Part shown: piece after piece, positions 18,640 to 29,114 of the stretch
Layout of the letters: every line of letters starts with the position of its first letter
Numbering within the stretch: the first letter of the stretch is position 1
Origin: an uncultured Muribaculaceae bacterium
GTDB taxonomy: Bacteria; Bacteroidota; Bacteroidia; Bacteroidales; UBA932
Assembly (NCBI GenBank): GCA_964554535.1
Contig: CAZKPB010000006.1
Location: 39,768-103,767 of the forward strand
Direction of reading: 5' to 3'
Length of the DNA stretch: 64,000 bases
Translations under genes and position numbers: made by a program
Notes under the pieces: model-generated
Told to the model about the DNA's origin: nothing
The model's input: the letters and a program-made list of their open reading frames with translations, nothing else
Databases searched by the model: none

Positions 18640-19787
18640 TTGTTTTTTATTACTTTTACAGTGGCTGCTTTGTATAGTATCAGCTCGCACAACAAGGCAC
18701 CCAGCAGGTACACGGGAAAAAGGGTTATGGGAATGAACGCCATAAGGAAATTGAGCAACGTGTTACCGGCCAGCGCAATTACCAGGGCCATCCCAATAGC
18801 CGTCCCGGACAGGGAGCTGAACTGCTGCCCAATAGACGAGACTAATACCGGAAATGTTGCACCCAGGCCAAAGCCAATCAGGAAGGTGGCCGGCATGGCC
18901 GGCAGCCCCGTCCAAAGACACAGCATTCCAGCGGCCGTGATGCAAAATGTAAACCACAATACAGTGTATCTGGATACGTGCATCAGTACGTACGTCAGCA
19001 GCAACCGGCAGACAATGAGCCCCACCATCATACAGGACAGGGTGTACAGTGCCTGCGCCTGTGGATATACATAGACAGGACTTTCCTGCAGAAATATGGG
19101 AATCCAGTTGCTTGTAAGGCTTTCCAACGCCGACTGGAAAAAGAGTACCGCGCTGAACAACCACAATATGGGACTTTTCAGAAGGGCCAGCGCGTCTTTG
19201 AAACAGTAGCCCCGGTCAGCCTTTGCCATGGGATAGGCCACGCAACCCATCACCAGCAGGGGTATTGCCACGGAAATGGCGGTATAACGCAAAATCACGG
19301 TATAGGGTACTTCCTTGAAATAACCCAGTATGGCCGGCATCAGAAGGGCGCCCAACCCGTAGAAAGCCCCCAGTATAGCCATATTGGGCCCGCTTTTTTC
19401 AGGCCGGGAAACGTCAGACACCAGGGCACTGGTGCCTCCGTTAATCATTCCGCCACCCATTCCAATAGCTCCCACACAGGTGAAAAGCCATTCCATGCGT
19501 GCGCCGCTGGCCGACATGCCAGACAGGCCGGCCGCAATAAGCAGCAACGCCGTCAAAAAAGGAACGCGGTAGCCGTATCGGTCACACCACGGACCAAAGA
19601 CCAGCGACCCGGCAAGCACTCCCATGGGAAGCACCCCCGCCAGGGAGGCAGCCTGAGGCTGCGTCAGAGCCAATGAGTCTCTCATAGCCGGAAGCACGGA
19701 GCCCAACACAATAAAGGAAATTCCAAAAAAGAAAATGCCGGTGTAGGCAGCCGCCAGGGCCAATGGAGTTGATAACGGTCTGGTCAA
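18636..19787 (-). CDS. MFS transporter (12 TM), possible niacin/nicotinamide permease by context
   Basis: 383 aa and hydrophobic throughout. MFS loop motif GPWCDRYGYRVPF. The only start compatible with TM1 is TTG at 19785-19787, 1 nt after the pncA stop. Confidence 0.8.
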   Translation of the reverse strand: MTRPLSTPLALAAAYTGIFFFGISFIVLGSVLPAMRDSLALTQPQAASLAGVLPMGVLAGSLVFGPWCDRYGYRVPFLTALLLIAAGLSGMSASGARMEWLFTCVGAIGMGGGMINGGTSALVSDVSRPEKSGPNMAILGAFYGLGALLMPAILGYFKEVPYTVILRYTAISVAIPLLVMGCVAYPMAKADRGYCFKDALALLKSPILWLFSAVLFFQSALESLTSNWIPIFLQESPVYVYPQAQALYTLSCMMVGLIVCRLLLTYVLMHVSRYTVLWFTFCITAAGMLCLWTGLPAMPATFLIGFGLGATFPVLVSSIGQQFSSLSGTAIGMALVIALAGNTLLNFLMAFIPITLFPVYLLGALLCELILYKAATVKVIKNK

Positions 19788-19788
19788 G

Positions 19789-20379
19789 CTATATAAATTT
19801 AATGCCTATGCTTTTCATGTTTTCCACAGCCGCACGATGGTCTTTCAGATTCACGTAGGCCAGGGCCTCCAATACCACTTGTACGTCATAACCGGCTTCC
19901 ACCAAATCCTTTGCCGTGGCCTGCACACAATATTCCGTGGCCGTGCCGCTGAGCACCACCACCGTTTTGTCTTCATTGTTCATTCCCTTAGGGATGGCCT
20001 CATACAGGTATTTGCCGTCGGCACAGCGGGCATTGAAGCCGGAATACTGTTCTTCATCGGGGTCCTGACCTTTGCCAAAAATACGCATAAAGTGGGGACG
20101 CAGGGAAGGCTCGTTTATTCTGGTGTAATAGGCAAGGTGTATCTCCTGACCCAGGGTGTTTTTTACACAGTGCACCGGCCATTGTCCGCCGTTGCACGTA
20201 AAAGAGCAGTGGTTGGCGGGATGTGCATCGCACACATACAGCACGGCATCCGCAGGATGCATATTGATATAATTGACACTGTGGTTAAGTGCGTTTTCCG
20301 CGTTGAGACACGTCATAGGCCCGGAAATAAAATCATTGAGCATGTCTATGACCACGTGATAATGTTGTCTACCGTACAT
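19789..20379 (-). CDS. pncA: Nicotinamidase/pyrazinamidase (isochorismatase fold)
   Basis: VVIDMLNDF (Asp), CDAHPANHCSF, QWPVHCV, GKG (Lys) and SGTATEYCV (Cys nucleophile) align with E. coli PncA motifs. Confidence 0.88.
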   Translation of the reverse strand: MYGRQHYHVVIDMLNDFISGPMTCLNAENALNHSVNYINMHPADAVLYVCDAHPANHCSFTCNGGQWPVHCVKNTLGQEIHLAYYTRINEPSLRPHFMRIFGKGQDPDEEQYSGFNARCADGKYLYEAIPKGMNNEDKTVVVLSGTATEYCVQATAKDLVEAGYDVQVVLEALAYVNLKDHRAAVENMKSIGIKFI

Positions 20380-21832
20380 TTTTTAATTCTTCCTTAATTT
20401 TAAATAATAGTTGCATTTTCAAATCATACAACCCGTCGGAAATATCCACCTTGTGGTAATGGGGGTTGATCAGACGCCTTTCCGTTTCATCCAGTTTGTA
20501 TAAGTTGCTGAAATAGAAGGCCCGTTTTTCGGCTGCCGGTTTGTCCGGAATCAGCCGCACGCCGTGCTCCATCACTTTCTGCTGAAGCACTTCAAAGGTA
20601 TATGTCCCGGCTTCAAACGGACGAGTGCGGGTCTCGTCCAGCTCGTCCCGCAGCACAATACGCTCGCCCGCCTCTATGGCCTGCGCCAAGGCATCGCCGC
20701 GCAGACAGGTCACATCGGCCTGATTGCGTTGGTTTTCTATAATGCGGTACGTAATCTGGAATCCGGGATTGATCAGTTTGATTTTGTCATCCGAACATTT
20801 GAGTACGGGCTGATGGTTTACCTGTACCAGTTTATAGACGTTTCCAAAACAGGGACTGTGTTTGCTGGTGGCAATGGCATCTCCCACACCGTAGCTGTCA
20901 ATAGCCGCTTTCTGGCGTTCCAACTCGGCAATCAAATATTCATCCAGAGAATTGGTGGCAAATATCTTGCAGCCGGTCAATCCGGCATGGTCCAACATCT
21001 CACGGGCTATGCGCGAAAGATACGCCAGGTCACCGCTGTCCAGACGGATACCGTAAAACGGCTTGTAATCATTGCCTATCCCGTTGTCCCTGAAGGCGCG
21101 GATGGCGTTCTTTACCCCGCTTTTGAGGGTGTCGTAGGTATCTACCAGCAGAATAAGGCCCTCACCGCGGTGCGACTTGATGTAGGCGTCAAACGCATCA
21201 TACTCGCAAGACACGCTACAGCCAAAAGCAGTGACATAACTGTGACCCATAGTGCCCGAGCAGGGTATTCCGAATTCAGTGGTATCCAATATGTTGGAAG
21301 TGTTCTGACAACCGGCAATGTAAGCGGCCTTGCCGCCATATACCGCGGCCCAGGGACCGTGTGCCCGTCGCGACCCGAATTCGCTTACGGGTTTATCCGT
21401 ACTGCGCGCGACACGCGAAGCCTTGGTGGCAATAGCCATCTGGTGATTCATAATGCACAGCAGCGGCGTTTCCAGAATCTGTGCCTCCAGCAACGGGGCC
21501 TTGACCGTAATGACGGGTTGCAGCGGGAAAGCAATCTGTCCTTCTTCCATGGCATAAATGGTACCCGTAAAATGCACCGTGGCCAGGTAATCACAGAAAT
21601 CATCATATTGTGGTTCCGGAAGAAATTTTTTAAAAAAAGAGGCCGGTTCGGTGCCTATTCCCTGCACCATTTCCAGCACTTCATTCACTCCGCAGACCAC
21701 CGCCCAGTTATTACCGTCCGGAGCCTTTCTGTAAAACATATTAAACACCGCCTCAATACCGTCCAAACCATTATCCCTAAAGGTTTTACCCATAGTAAAC
21801 TGGTACTTGTCTGAGCAATAAGAAAAGTTCAT
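20369..21832 (-). CDS. pncB: Nicotinate phosphoribosyltransferase
   Basis: 487 aa. N-terminus SDKYQFTMGKTF... and the GTMGHSYV motif are typical of NAPRTase. Overlaps pncA by 11 nt. Confidence 0.88.
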   Translation of the reverse strand: MNFSYCSDKYQFTMGKTFRDNGLDGIEAVFNMFYRKAPDGNNWAVVCGVNEVLEMVQGIGTEPASFFKKFLPEPQYDDFCDYLATVHFTGTIYAMEEGQIAFPLQPVITVKAPLLEAQILETPLLCIMNHQMAIATKASRVARSTDKPVSEFGSRRAHGPWAAVYGGKAAYIAGCQNTSNILDTTEFGIPCSGTMGHSYVTAFGCSVSCEYDAFDAYIKSHRGEGLILLVDTYDTLKSGVKNAIRAFRDNGIGNDYKPFYGIRLDSGDLAYLSRIAREMLDHAGLTGCKIFATNSLDEYLIAELERQKAAIDSYGVGDAIATSKHSPCFGNVYKLVQVNHQPVLKCSDDKIKLINPGFQITYRIIENQRNQADVTCLRGDALAQAIEAGERIVLRDELDETRTRPFEAGTYTFEVLQQKVMEHGVRLIPDKPAAEKRAFYFSNLYKLDETERRLINPHYHKVDISDGLYDLKMQLLFKIKEELKNVR

Positions 21833-21848
21833 AATAGTAGTGAAAACA

Positions 21849-21856
21849 CAAAATTA
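21849..21856 (-). promoter_or_regulatory. -7 promoter box (taattttg) upstream of pncB
   Basis: The + strand reads caaaatta, 16 nt upstream of the ATG at 21832. Confidence 0.45.
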
Positions 21857-21869
21857 CGCAAATAAACCA

Positions 21870-21877
21870 TACCTTTG
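21870..21877 (+). promoter_or_regulatory. -7 promoter box (tacctttg) upstream of gpsA
   Basis: Exact TAnnTTTG, 17 nt upstream of the ATG at 21895. Back-to-back with the pncB box in a 62-bp gap. Confidence 0.45.
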
Positions 21878-21894
21878 CAATCTAATCACCATAA

Positions 21895-22911
21895 ATGGCC
21901 TTGAAGATTTTTAGCAAAACCGACGTAACGTACGCAGTCATTGGAAGCGGCAGCTGGGCTACCGCACTGGTCAAAATACTGTTGGACACCCAACCCAAAG
22001 TGGGCTGGTATGTCAGAGATCCGGATATGATTGACTCTATCAGGACCAATCATCATAATCCGCGCTACCTGCAGGCTGCCGAACTGGACACCGACCGTCT
22101 GGTAATGAGTCACGACCTCAACGCCGTGGTAGAAGCCACCGACGTACTCATCTTCTGTATCCCTTCCACCTATTTCATTGGGGAAATGATGAAGCTGGAA
22201 GTATCACTGGAAGACAAATTCATTGTGACCGCCATCAAAGGGCTCATTCCCGACCGCAACATTTCCATTACGGAGTATTTTAACCGCATCCACCAGATAC
22301 CCTATGACAACATAGGTGTGGTGGCCGGCCCCGTACACGCCGAGGAAGTGGCCATGGAGCGCCTCTCGTACCTCACCTTCACCTGCAAAAAAGAAAGTAC
22401 GGCCGAGCGTCTGGCACAGGCGTTTGCCTGCACATACATCCGCACCAGTCTGGGAACGGACATCTATGGTCTTGAATATTCGGTAGTGCTGAAAAACATC
22501 TACGCCATCGCCTCGGGAATGAGCCGTTCCCTGGGCTATGGAGATAACTTTCAGGCCGTGCTGGTTTCCTGTGCCTACCAGGAAATCCGCATTTTTCTCA
22601 ACCGTATGCACCCCGACAAAAACCGCAATACAGCCCATTCGGCCTTTTTGGGAGACCTGTTGGTCACCTGCTATTCGCAATTCAGCCGCAACCGTTCTTT
22701 TGGCAGTATGGTAGGACAGGGCTATTCCATAAAAGCCGCCCAACTGGAAATGAATATGGTGGCCGAGGGCTACTATGCCACCGCCTGCATTCACGACATC
22801 AACAACAAACAGAAACTGAATATGCCCATAGCCGAGGCCATGTACAAAATACTGTACGAATTCCGCTCTCCGGCCATTGTGTTCAAGGCACTGTGCAATC
22901 AACTTAAATAA
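21895..22911 (+). CDS. gpsA: NAD(P)H-dependent glycerol-3-phosphate dehydrogenase
   Basis: 338 aa. Rossmann N-terminus [17 protein letters not shown]. Family-typical length and body. Confidence 0.9.
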   Translation: MALKIFSKTDVTYAVIGSGSWATALVKILLDTQPKVGWYVRDPDMIDSIRTNHHNPRYLQAAELDTDRLVMSHDLNAVVEATDVLIFCIPSTYFIGEMMKLEVSLEDKFIVTAIKGLIPDRNISITEYFNRIHQIPYDNIGVVAGPVHAEEVAMERLSYLTFTCKKESTAERLAQAFACTYIRTSLGTDIYGLEYSVVLKNIYAIASGMSRSLGYGDNFQAVLVSCAYQEIRIFLNRMHPDKNRNTAHSAFLGDLLVTCYSQFSRNRSFGSMVGQGYSIKAAQLEMNMVAEGYYATACIHDINNKQKLNMPIAEAMYKILYEFRSPAIVFKALCNQLK

Positions 22912-22930
22912 ACTAAACCTACACTATATT

Positions 22931-24253
22931 ATGAGTACCCTTACACTTCACGCCCCCGCCCCGGACTCTTACATAGCCCGCGCCCTGGATGCTTTAGCCC
23001 TACTGCAGAGCGGTACAGGCAAAGGCTCCGATTTTTTGGGATGGATCAATCTTCCTTCTCGGACTCCTAACACTCTTATCCAACAAATAGAAGATATCCG
23101 TCAGGACTGGTCCGGCGGAACAGACTCGCGCAAAATTGACCTGGTTGTGGTCATAGGCATTGGCGGTTCCTACCTTGGAGCAAAAGCCGTCATTGAGGCC
23201 CTCTCCCACTCTTTTGCCCCCCTGATGCCCTCTTCCGCGCCGCGCATAGTCTTTGCCGGACAGAACATTGGCGAAGATTATCTTGCCGAGCTGGAAGACC
23301 TGCTCAAAGAACACAGCGCCGCCTGTGTGGTCATTTCCAAATCCGGGACCACCACCGAGCCGGCCATTGCCTTCCGCCTGGTTAAACAATTTATTGAAAA
23401 CAAATACGGCAAACAGGAAGCCCAACGCCGCATTGTTGCGGTCACCGACCAATCACGCGGTGCATTGCGCACGCTGGTTACCCAGGAAGGGTACCGTAGC
23501 TTTGTTATCCCCGACAACGTGGGAGGCCGTTTTTCCGTACTTACCCCGGTAGGTCTGCTGCCCATTGCCCTTGCCGGCATTGACATCAAAGAACTGCTGC
23601 AGGGCGCCATTCGTATGGAAACCAACACCGCGGTGGCCGGCGCCGGCAACCCGGCGGTACAATACGCGGCCGCCCGCAATTACCTGTACGACCAGGGCAA
23701 GAAAATTGAGCTTCTGGTGAATTACCACCCCAAACTGCATTACGTGGCCGAATGGTGGAAACAATTGTACGGAGAAAGCGAAGGCAAGGAACATAAAGGT
23801 ATCTTCCCCGCCGGCGTGGACTACACAACCGACCTGCATTCCATGGGACAATATATCCAGGAAGGCGAACGCCACCTGTTTGAAACCGTAATCAGCGTGG
23901 AAAAGCCCAACCGTTCGCTGTGCATTGACACGGACCCGCAGAATTTGGACGGACTTAACTTCCTTGCCGGGAAGCATATAGATGAATGCAACAAGATGGC
24001 CGAATTGGGGACCCGCCTGGCCCACGAAGACGGAGGCGTGCCCAACCTGCACATTCAGTTGTCATCCCTGGATGCCTTCCATTTGGGCGAACTGCTGTAT
24101 TTCTTTGAAAAAGCCTGCGGCATAAGCGGCTATATGCTGGGAGTCAACCCGTTTAATCAGGAAGGGGTTGAGGCGTACAAGAAAAATATGTTTGCCCTGC
24201 TCAACAAACCCGGTTACGAAGCCCAGGGAGATGCCCTGCGCCGCCGTCTGTAA
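22931..24253 (+). CDS. pgi: Glucose-6-phosphate isomerase
   Basis: Start reset to the ATG at 22931 (MSTLTLH...). Contains GIGGSYLG and [10 protein letters not shown] motifs. About 440 aa, the short PGI type. Confidence 0.92.
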   Translation: MSTLTLHAPAPDSYIARALDALALLQSGTGKGSDFLGWINLPSRTPNTLIQQIEDIRQDWSGGTDSRKIDLVVVIGIGGSYLGAKAVIEALSHSFAPLMPSSAPRIVFAGQNIGEDYLAELEDLLKEHSAACVVISKSGTTTEPAIAFRLVKQFIENKYGKQEAQRRIVAVTDQSRGALRTLVTQEGYRSFVIPDNVGGRFSVLTPVGLLPIALAGIDIKELLQGAIRMETNTAVAGAGNPAVQYAAARNYLYDQGKKIELLVNYHPKLHYVAEWWKQLYGESEGKEHKGIFPAGVDYTTDLHSMGQYIQEGERHLFETVISVEKPNRSLCIDTDPQNLDGLNFLAGKHIDECNKMAELGTRLAHEDGGVPNLHIQLSSLDAFHLGELLYFFEKACGISGYMLGVNPFNQEGVEAYKKNMFALLNKPGYEAQGDALRRRL

Positions 24254-24259
24254 CCGCGG

Positions 24260-27101
24260 TCACTTTCCTTTCAGATCTACCGTCACGGAGGTGCCGTCAT
24301 AGGTAAAGGCGGCATCTACCGACGTGGTTGACCCAAACGGACGTAATTCGCCGGGGCGCATCACCACCACATGGAAAACACGTTGCGGCGCCATTCCTTC
24401 ATAGGAACCTTCCCGCGCAGCAACCGCAAGGGTTTGATTTACTGCGTCGTAGGTAAAACGGATGCGGCTGTATTTGCCTTGCTCGTAATTGTAATTCACG
24501 CCCTCGTCTTCATACAGGTCTCCCTTCCCGTCTGCGCCGGCATACAAATACAGGGTCACGGGAAGGTCCGTTTGCTGTGCCGTGGATTCAATCTCGGGCC
24601 CTACGGGAACCACAGAACCGGCCTTTACATACAGCGGCATCCGCGTATAGGGGGCATCCGCTTCAATCCATTGCCCTCCCTGAAGATACGCGCCCGTATT
24701 GAAATCGTACCAGTCACTACCCTGCGGCAGATATACCGCACGGCTGCGCGCCTTATACTTGTATACGGGACACACCATAAATGCATCTCCAAACATATAC
24801 TGGTCAGATATATCCAGTACATTGGCATCCGAACCGAAGTCCATCACCAGCGCCCGCATGAGGGTATAATCGTCAAACCAGGTACGGCCGGCCATCGTAT
24901 AGATATACGGCATTAGTCTGTAACGCACTTTGTTGTACCACACCATACTTTCGTAAGCCGGATGGCCCTCGGGAGCGGTATTGTATATCTCGCGGTAAGG
25001 ATACTTGTCCGTGACTCCGGAACAAGGGACAGAAAGCACCAAACTGATGCCAGCGCATCTGCAGTTCGCGCCACTCATCCCGGTCGGCAGAACCTTCTGC
25101 AGCCGTCTCAAAACGGCGCTGCACGCAAAAACCGCCAATGTCCATAGTCCAATAGGGAATGCCGGACAAGGCAAAATTAAGTCCGGCCGCTATCTGGGAT
25201 TTCATGTCTTCCCAGCACGTACCAATATCCCCGCTCCAGGTAGCCGTGGAATAACGCTGCAGGCCGGGAAAGCCGCTGCGGGTAAGCAAGAACACCCGTT
25301 GGTCGGGGGCAGTGGCCCGCTGTCCGTCATAGATAGCCATAGCGTTTTCCAGCGCATACGCGTTAAGGTACCGGGTAGAAGATCCCAGGGCCGTGGGCGT
25401 TGACAATTGCTTGCGTACGTCAAGACTACTGTTGGACACAATATCCGGTTCCGAGGCATCCATCCACCAGGCATCCATCCCCAATGAGAACAAATGTTCA
25501 TTCATCTGGTCCCAAAACAATTGCCGCGCAGAAGCGCTGTAGGCGTCATAAAAAGACCCTATGTATCCCGGAGCAATCCAGTCCCGCACACTGTCCTCCA
25601 CCGCCTTGCGGTACATCCAGCCCTTACTGTCAAATTCTTTGAAGTGATCCGTAGTATGGTAAAATTTGGGCCACACGGAAATCATTATCCGTGCGTCCAT
25701 AGCGTGAACGGAGTCTACCATTGCCTTGGGATCGGGAAAACGGGCCACATCAAATTCGTGGCTACCCCAGGCATCCACCGGCCAATAAGACCAATCCTGC
25801 ACTATATTGTCAATGGGAATGCGGCGTTGCCGGTATTGGGCCAGGGCGTCAATAAGTTCGTGCTGCGTCTTGTAGCGCTCCCGACTTTGCCAGAACCCCA
25901 TAGCCCATTTGGGCATCACGGGCGCTTTCCCGGTTAGGGTGCGATAACCGCTTATTACGCTGTCTGCGCTGGCCCCGTAAACAAAGTAATAATCAATCAT
26001 ATCTCCCATTTCCGACCACCAGGATTGTCGGGTCTGCAGGCTCGGGTCCACGGGTGTATGCAACTTGAGAGCAATATACGATACACCGCCATCCGGTATC
26101 CATTCCACGCGCAAGGGGACTTTATCTCCGGCTTCCATTTCCACCTCAAATTTGTAGGTATTCGGGTTCCAGGCAGTCCTCCAACGCTCGCTCACCACTT
26201 CTTCTTCATTGACAAACACCTTGGTATATCCGGCGTAATACAGACTGAAGCGGTGCACGCCGCTTTCTTTGGCGGTCATGGTGCCGTTCCAGGTGATTTT
26301 TGTATTGAAAAACGGAATACCCTCCGGAAAACGTTTCACAGTTTCCAAGTCTTCATATTCCAAAATACTTTCCCGACGGGAAAGGTAGATCTTTGAACCG
26401 TCCTTGCTGGCGTAGGTGGCCGTAAGGGCTCCCGCCGCCCCGTCGCTGTCCTCCAACTCCAGCACGTCCAGATTGGTGTACGGTCTGGGGTCGCCAAAAC
26501 GGCTGAACGAGTTGTTGTCCCACAACAAACCGTAATTCTTGGTAGAGACTATAAAAGGGACAGATACCTTGGTATTGTACTGAAACAGTTCTTCATTTTT
26601 CCCCTTGTAGTTGAACTCGTCACTCTGATGCTGGCCCAGGCCGTAAAACGCCTCGTCCTGCGGGGATTCAAAAACCTGGCGCACGGTATACCCCCGGTCC
26701 CCTTCCACTTCAATAGGAGTAAACGACTTGCCGCCGCCTTGCGGCTCTGCCAGTAGCAGGTTACCCTGCGCGTCGGAAAAGGTCACCGCACCGGTAGACA
26801 GGTCCACAGCAACCGCCAGAGCCGCCGTGGTGAGGGTCATGCAGGTATTGTCCGTGGTAACATCAAAGGCGGGAGGTTCCGGGGCCTTTGGAGAGCGCAT
26901 CAGGCTGGGGCGGGTGGAAAAACCGTCTTTTGAGGGAAAGGCACTCACGCGTATAATGCTTTCAGTGACCGGTTCCAGACGCACGTAGGTTTTTGTTTCG
27001 GCACCTGCAGTAATGGTTACCACATTTCCGGCACGCTGTACCGAACCTGTGCACGAAGCCAGTATCAGGCTCATGCACAAGATATTTATCCGGTTTTTCA
27101 T
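24260..27101 (-). pseudogene. GH31 alpha-glucosidase/alpha-xylosidase-like lipoprotein gene, interrupted by one frameshift
   Basis: Two overlapping ORFs in different frames, 24873-27101 and 24260-25174. The first has lipobox LILASC, WWMDASEPD (nucleophile region) and ...QFGAFCPLFRSHGQ. The second continues YPYREIYNTAPEGHPAYESMVWYNKVRYRLMPYIY... The frames join at about nt 25004, where ggacaaGtatcc has one extra base or two missing. Confidence 0.75.
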
Positions 27102-27105
27102 ATTT

Positions 27106-27573
27106 TTACTGACCTTGTGTATATCCTACATCGGGCAACAACACCGGACCTCCGGCCGCCGCTACCGCCAGACGGTCACAGCGTTCGTTCTGCGGGTGGC
27201 CGGCATGCCCCTTAATCCATACAAAACGGACGTGGTGCAGGCGTGCCACTTCCATGTAGCGCAACCATAAGTCCACATTTTTCTTGTTTTTGAAACCGGT
27301 GGCCTTCCATTTGTCCAGCCAGCCGGCCTCCACCGCCTTGACCACATAGGTGGAATCTGAATAGACACAAGCGCGGGTCCCAAGCTTTTTCAAAGCTTCC
27401 AGCCCCACAATGACGGCCAGCAGTTCCATCCGGTTGTTGGTGGTCAGTTTGTAACCGCAAGACAATTCTTTGTAATGCGAGCCGCTCTGCAGCACCACCC
27501 CGTACCCACCCGGACCCGGATTCCCTTGTGAAGAACCATCCGTAAAAATATCAACCTGCGTTGTTTCCTTCAA
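27106..27573 (-). CDS. rnhA: Ribonuclease HI
   Basis: VDIFTDGSSQGNPGPGGYG, NNRMELLAV, VYSDSTYVV and WIKGHAGHPQNERCDRLA give the DEDD motif set. The start codon is TTG, 23 nt inside the end of pdxA. Confidence 0.9.
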   Translation of the reverse strand: MKETTQVDIFTDGSSQGNPGPGGYGVVLQSGSHYKELSCGYKLTTNNRMELLAVIVGLEALKKLGTRACVYSDSTYVVKAVEAGWLDKWKATGFKNKKNVDLWLRYMEVARLHHVRFVWIKGHAGHPQNERCDRLAVAAAGGPVLLPDVGYTQGQ

Positions 27574-28612
27574 CTCTGGAGGGTTTTAACGGGTTTTCCA
27601 AAAGGCTCAAATTGCGCTGGCGGGCTTTATAGATGTCGCAGGCAAGATAAAGGGCGCTGAGCATTGACTCCGGAGAAGCCTTGTCCTTGCCGGCTATGCC
27701 AAACGCCGTTCCGTGGTCAGGAGAAGTGCGGATCACGGGAAGCCCTCCCGTAAAATTGACTCCACTCTGAAAAGCCATTGTTTTAAAGGGAATAAGGCCC
27801 TGGTCGTGATACATGGCCAGCACGGCATCAAAACGCCGGTATTCGGCCGCCGCAAAAAATCCGTCCGCGGGATAGGGACCAAAGGCCAGAATGCCCGCCT
27901 GATTGGCTTCCTGAATGGCCGGCTCAATAATCAACTTTTCTTCCTCGCCCAGCAAGCCGTCATCACCGGCGTGCGGGTTAAGCCCCAACACGGCAATCTT
28001 TGGTTTGCGAATGGTGAAATCCATTTGAAGGGTCTGCTCCATAAGCTTGATTTTACGGAGGATTCCGGATTGCGTGAGTTCGGCGCTGATACGGCTCAAA
28101 GGAATATGGCCGGTAACCACGCCCACCCTTATGTCGTGACTGCACAACAGCATAAGGGAGTCCTGGCAGCCGAATTCCTTGGCAAAATATTCCGTATGAC
28201 CGGGAAAAGAAAAACCTTCTTTGTTTACCGTATTCTTATTGAAGGGAGCCGTCACCACCGCCTGGATAAGACCTTCCTTGAGGTCCTTGGTGGCGCGCTG
28301 CAGGGCCTGCAGGGCCGCCCTGGCCCCCTCTTCCGTCACCTGTCCCGGATTGGCGTTGAATTCTTCACTCACGCAGGGGATGAGGTTAACCATCTTAAAG
28401 TGTAGGTCTGCAGGGGATTGGGTCACGTGCACGTTAAAATTTTCTATGCCGGCACATAATTTCTTGTAGACGCCCAGTAATTTGGACGACCCGTAAATTA
28501 CGGGAGTGCACAATTCGTTGATTCTACTATCGGAGAGGGCTTTGATAATCACTTCATATCCTACGCCGTTGGTATCGCCCTGAGTAATACCTATAATGAT
28601 TTTCTTTTGCAT
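27551..28612 (-). CDS. pdxA: 4-hydroxythreonine-4-phosphate dehydrogenase
   Basis: The real start is the ATG at 28610-28612 (MQKKIIIGITQGDTNGVGYEVIIKAL). The track's 501-aa ORF is an upstream read-through overlapping the yhcH-like gene. Contains HTEYF and NPHAGD motifs. Confidence 0.9.
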   Translation of the reverse strand: MQKKIIIGITQGDTNGVGYEVIIKALSDSRINELCTPVIYGSSKLLGVYKKLCAGIENFNVHVTQSPADLHFKMVNLIPCVSEEFNANPGQVTEEGARAALQALQRATKDLKEGLIQAVVTAPFNKNTVNKEGFSFPGHTEYFAKEFGCQDSLMLLCSHDIRVGVVTGHIPLSRISAELTQSGILRKIKLMEQTLQMDFTIRKPKIAVLGLNPHAGDDGLLGEEEKLIIEPAIQEANQAGILAFGPYPADGFFAAAEYRRFDAVLAMYHDQGLIPFKTMAFQSGVNFTGGLPVIRTSPDHGTAFGIAGKDKASPESMLSALYLACDIYKARQRNLSLLENPLKPSRVEGNNAG

Positions 28613-28633
28613 GGCAATGGGTTTTGTAAAAAA

Positions 28634-28641
28634 CAAATATA
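28634..28641 (-). promoter_or_regulatory. -7 promoter box (tatatttg) upstream of pdxA
   Basis: The + strand reads caaatata, 21 nt upstream of the ATG at 28612. Supports the shortened pdxA start. Confidence 0.45.
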
Positions 28642-28664
28642 CGCTTTTAGACGGAATAATGGCC

Positions 28665-29111
28665 TTACAACAGAATCTTGGCCACCAGTTTGCGCAGCGG
28701 AGCGTCACTGATGTTAGGCGCGTGAGCGTCTTCCGGGAATACAATGACAAATTCACCGGGCACAAGATCCACATACGAATGTGGCCGGTCGGCAAAAAAC
28801 TGGCATTCCTTTTCCGGGTCGTAGGCGGCCACAGGTTCTTTAAGGTTGGCCAGAGAGTTCCATCCAAAAGTTTCACGTCCTTCCAGCAACACGTGCACGT
28901 CAATGTAGCGGCGGTGCACTTCCAATACCTGCGTGTCCCGGCTCTTGATAATGGGGACCGAGTGATTGATGTACAGATTGTCCCCGTCAAGCGATATGCG
29001 GCCCAGCGGAGCTTTGTCCCACGAGTGGGATTTGATGTAGGCAAAGAGTTCGGCAAATTGCGGATGCAGAAGCTCTATGCGCCGGCTGTCTTGTAAATTG
29101 GCAATAATCAT
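28665..29111 (-). CDS. YhcH/YjgK/YiaL-family (DUF386, EbgC-like) protein
   Basis: 148 aa. GRISLDGDNLYINHSV...HRRYIDVHVLLEG...VIVFPEDAHAP is the cupin-like YhcH pattern. Starts 3 nt after the recG stop. Confidence 0.75.
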   Translation of the reverse strand: MIIANLQDSRRIELLHPQFAELFAYIKSHSWDKAPLGRISLDGDNLYINHSVPIIKSRDTQVLEVHRRYIDVHVLLEGRETFGWNSLANLKEPVAAYDPEKECQFFADRPHSYVDLVPGEFVIVFPEDAHAPNISDAPLRKLVAKILL

Positions 29112-29114
29112 GAG

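Noticed and set aside
24990-25020. Programmed +1 ribosomal frameshifting as an explanation for the split GH31 gene.
   Set aside because: There is no slippery sequence, in-frame stop or rare codon at gga caa g tat. The 0-frame continues for 45 codons. A simple indel is more parsimonious.
28613-29056. The N-terminal 148 codons of the 501-aa track ORF (pdxA extension). Analogous extensions occur at 40493-40630 (A2M), 56289-56501 (lnt), 52822-52980 (UbiD-like), 33251-33403 (glnS), 61035-61118 (PgpH-like) and 31224-31289 (recG).
   Set aside because: The extensions overlap neighbouring genes or promoters and often begin with GTG/TTG. They precede an ATG that gives the canonical family N-terminus or signal peptide.
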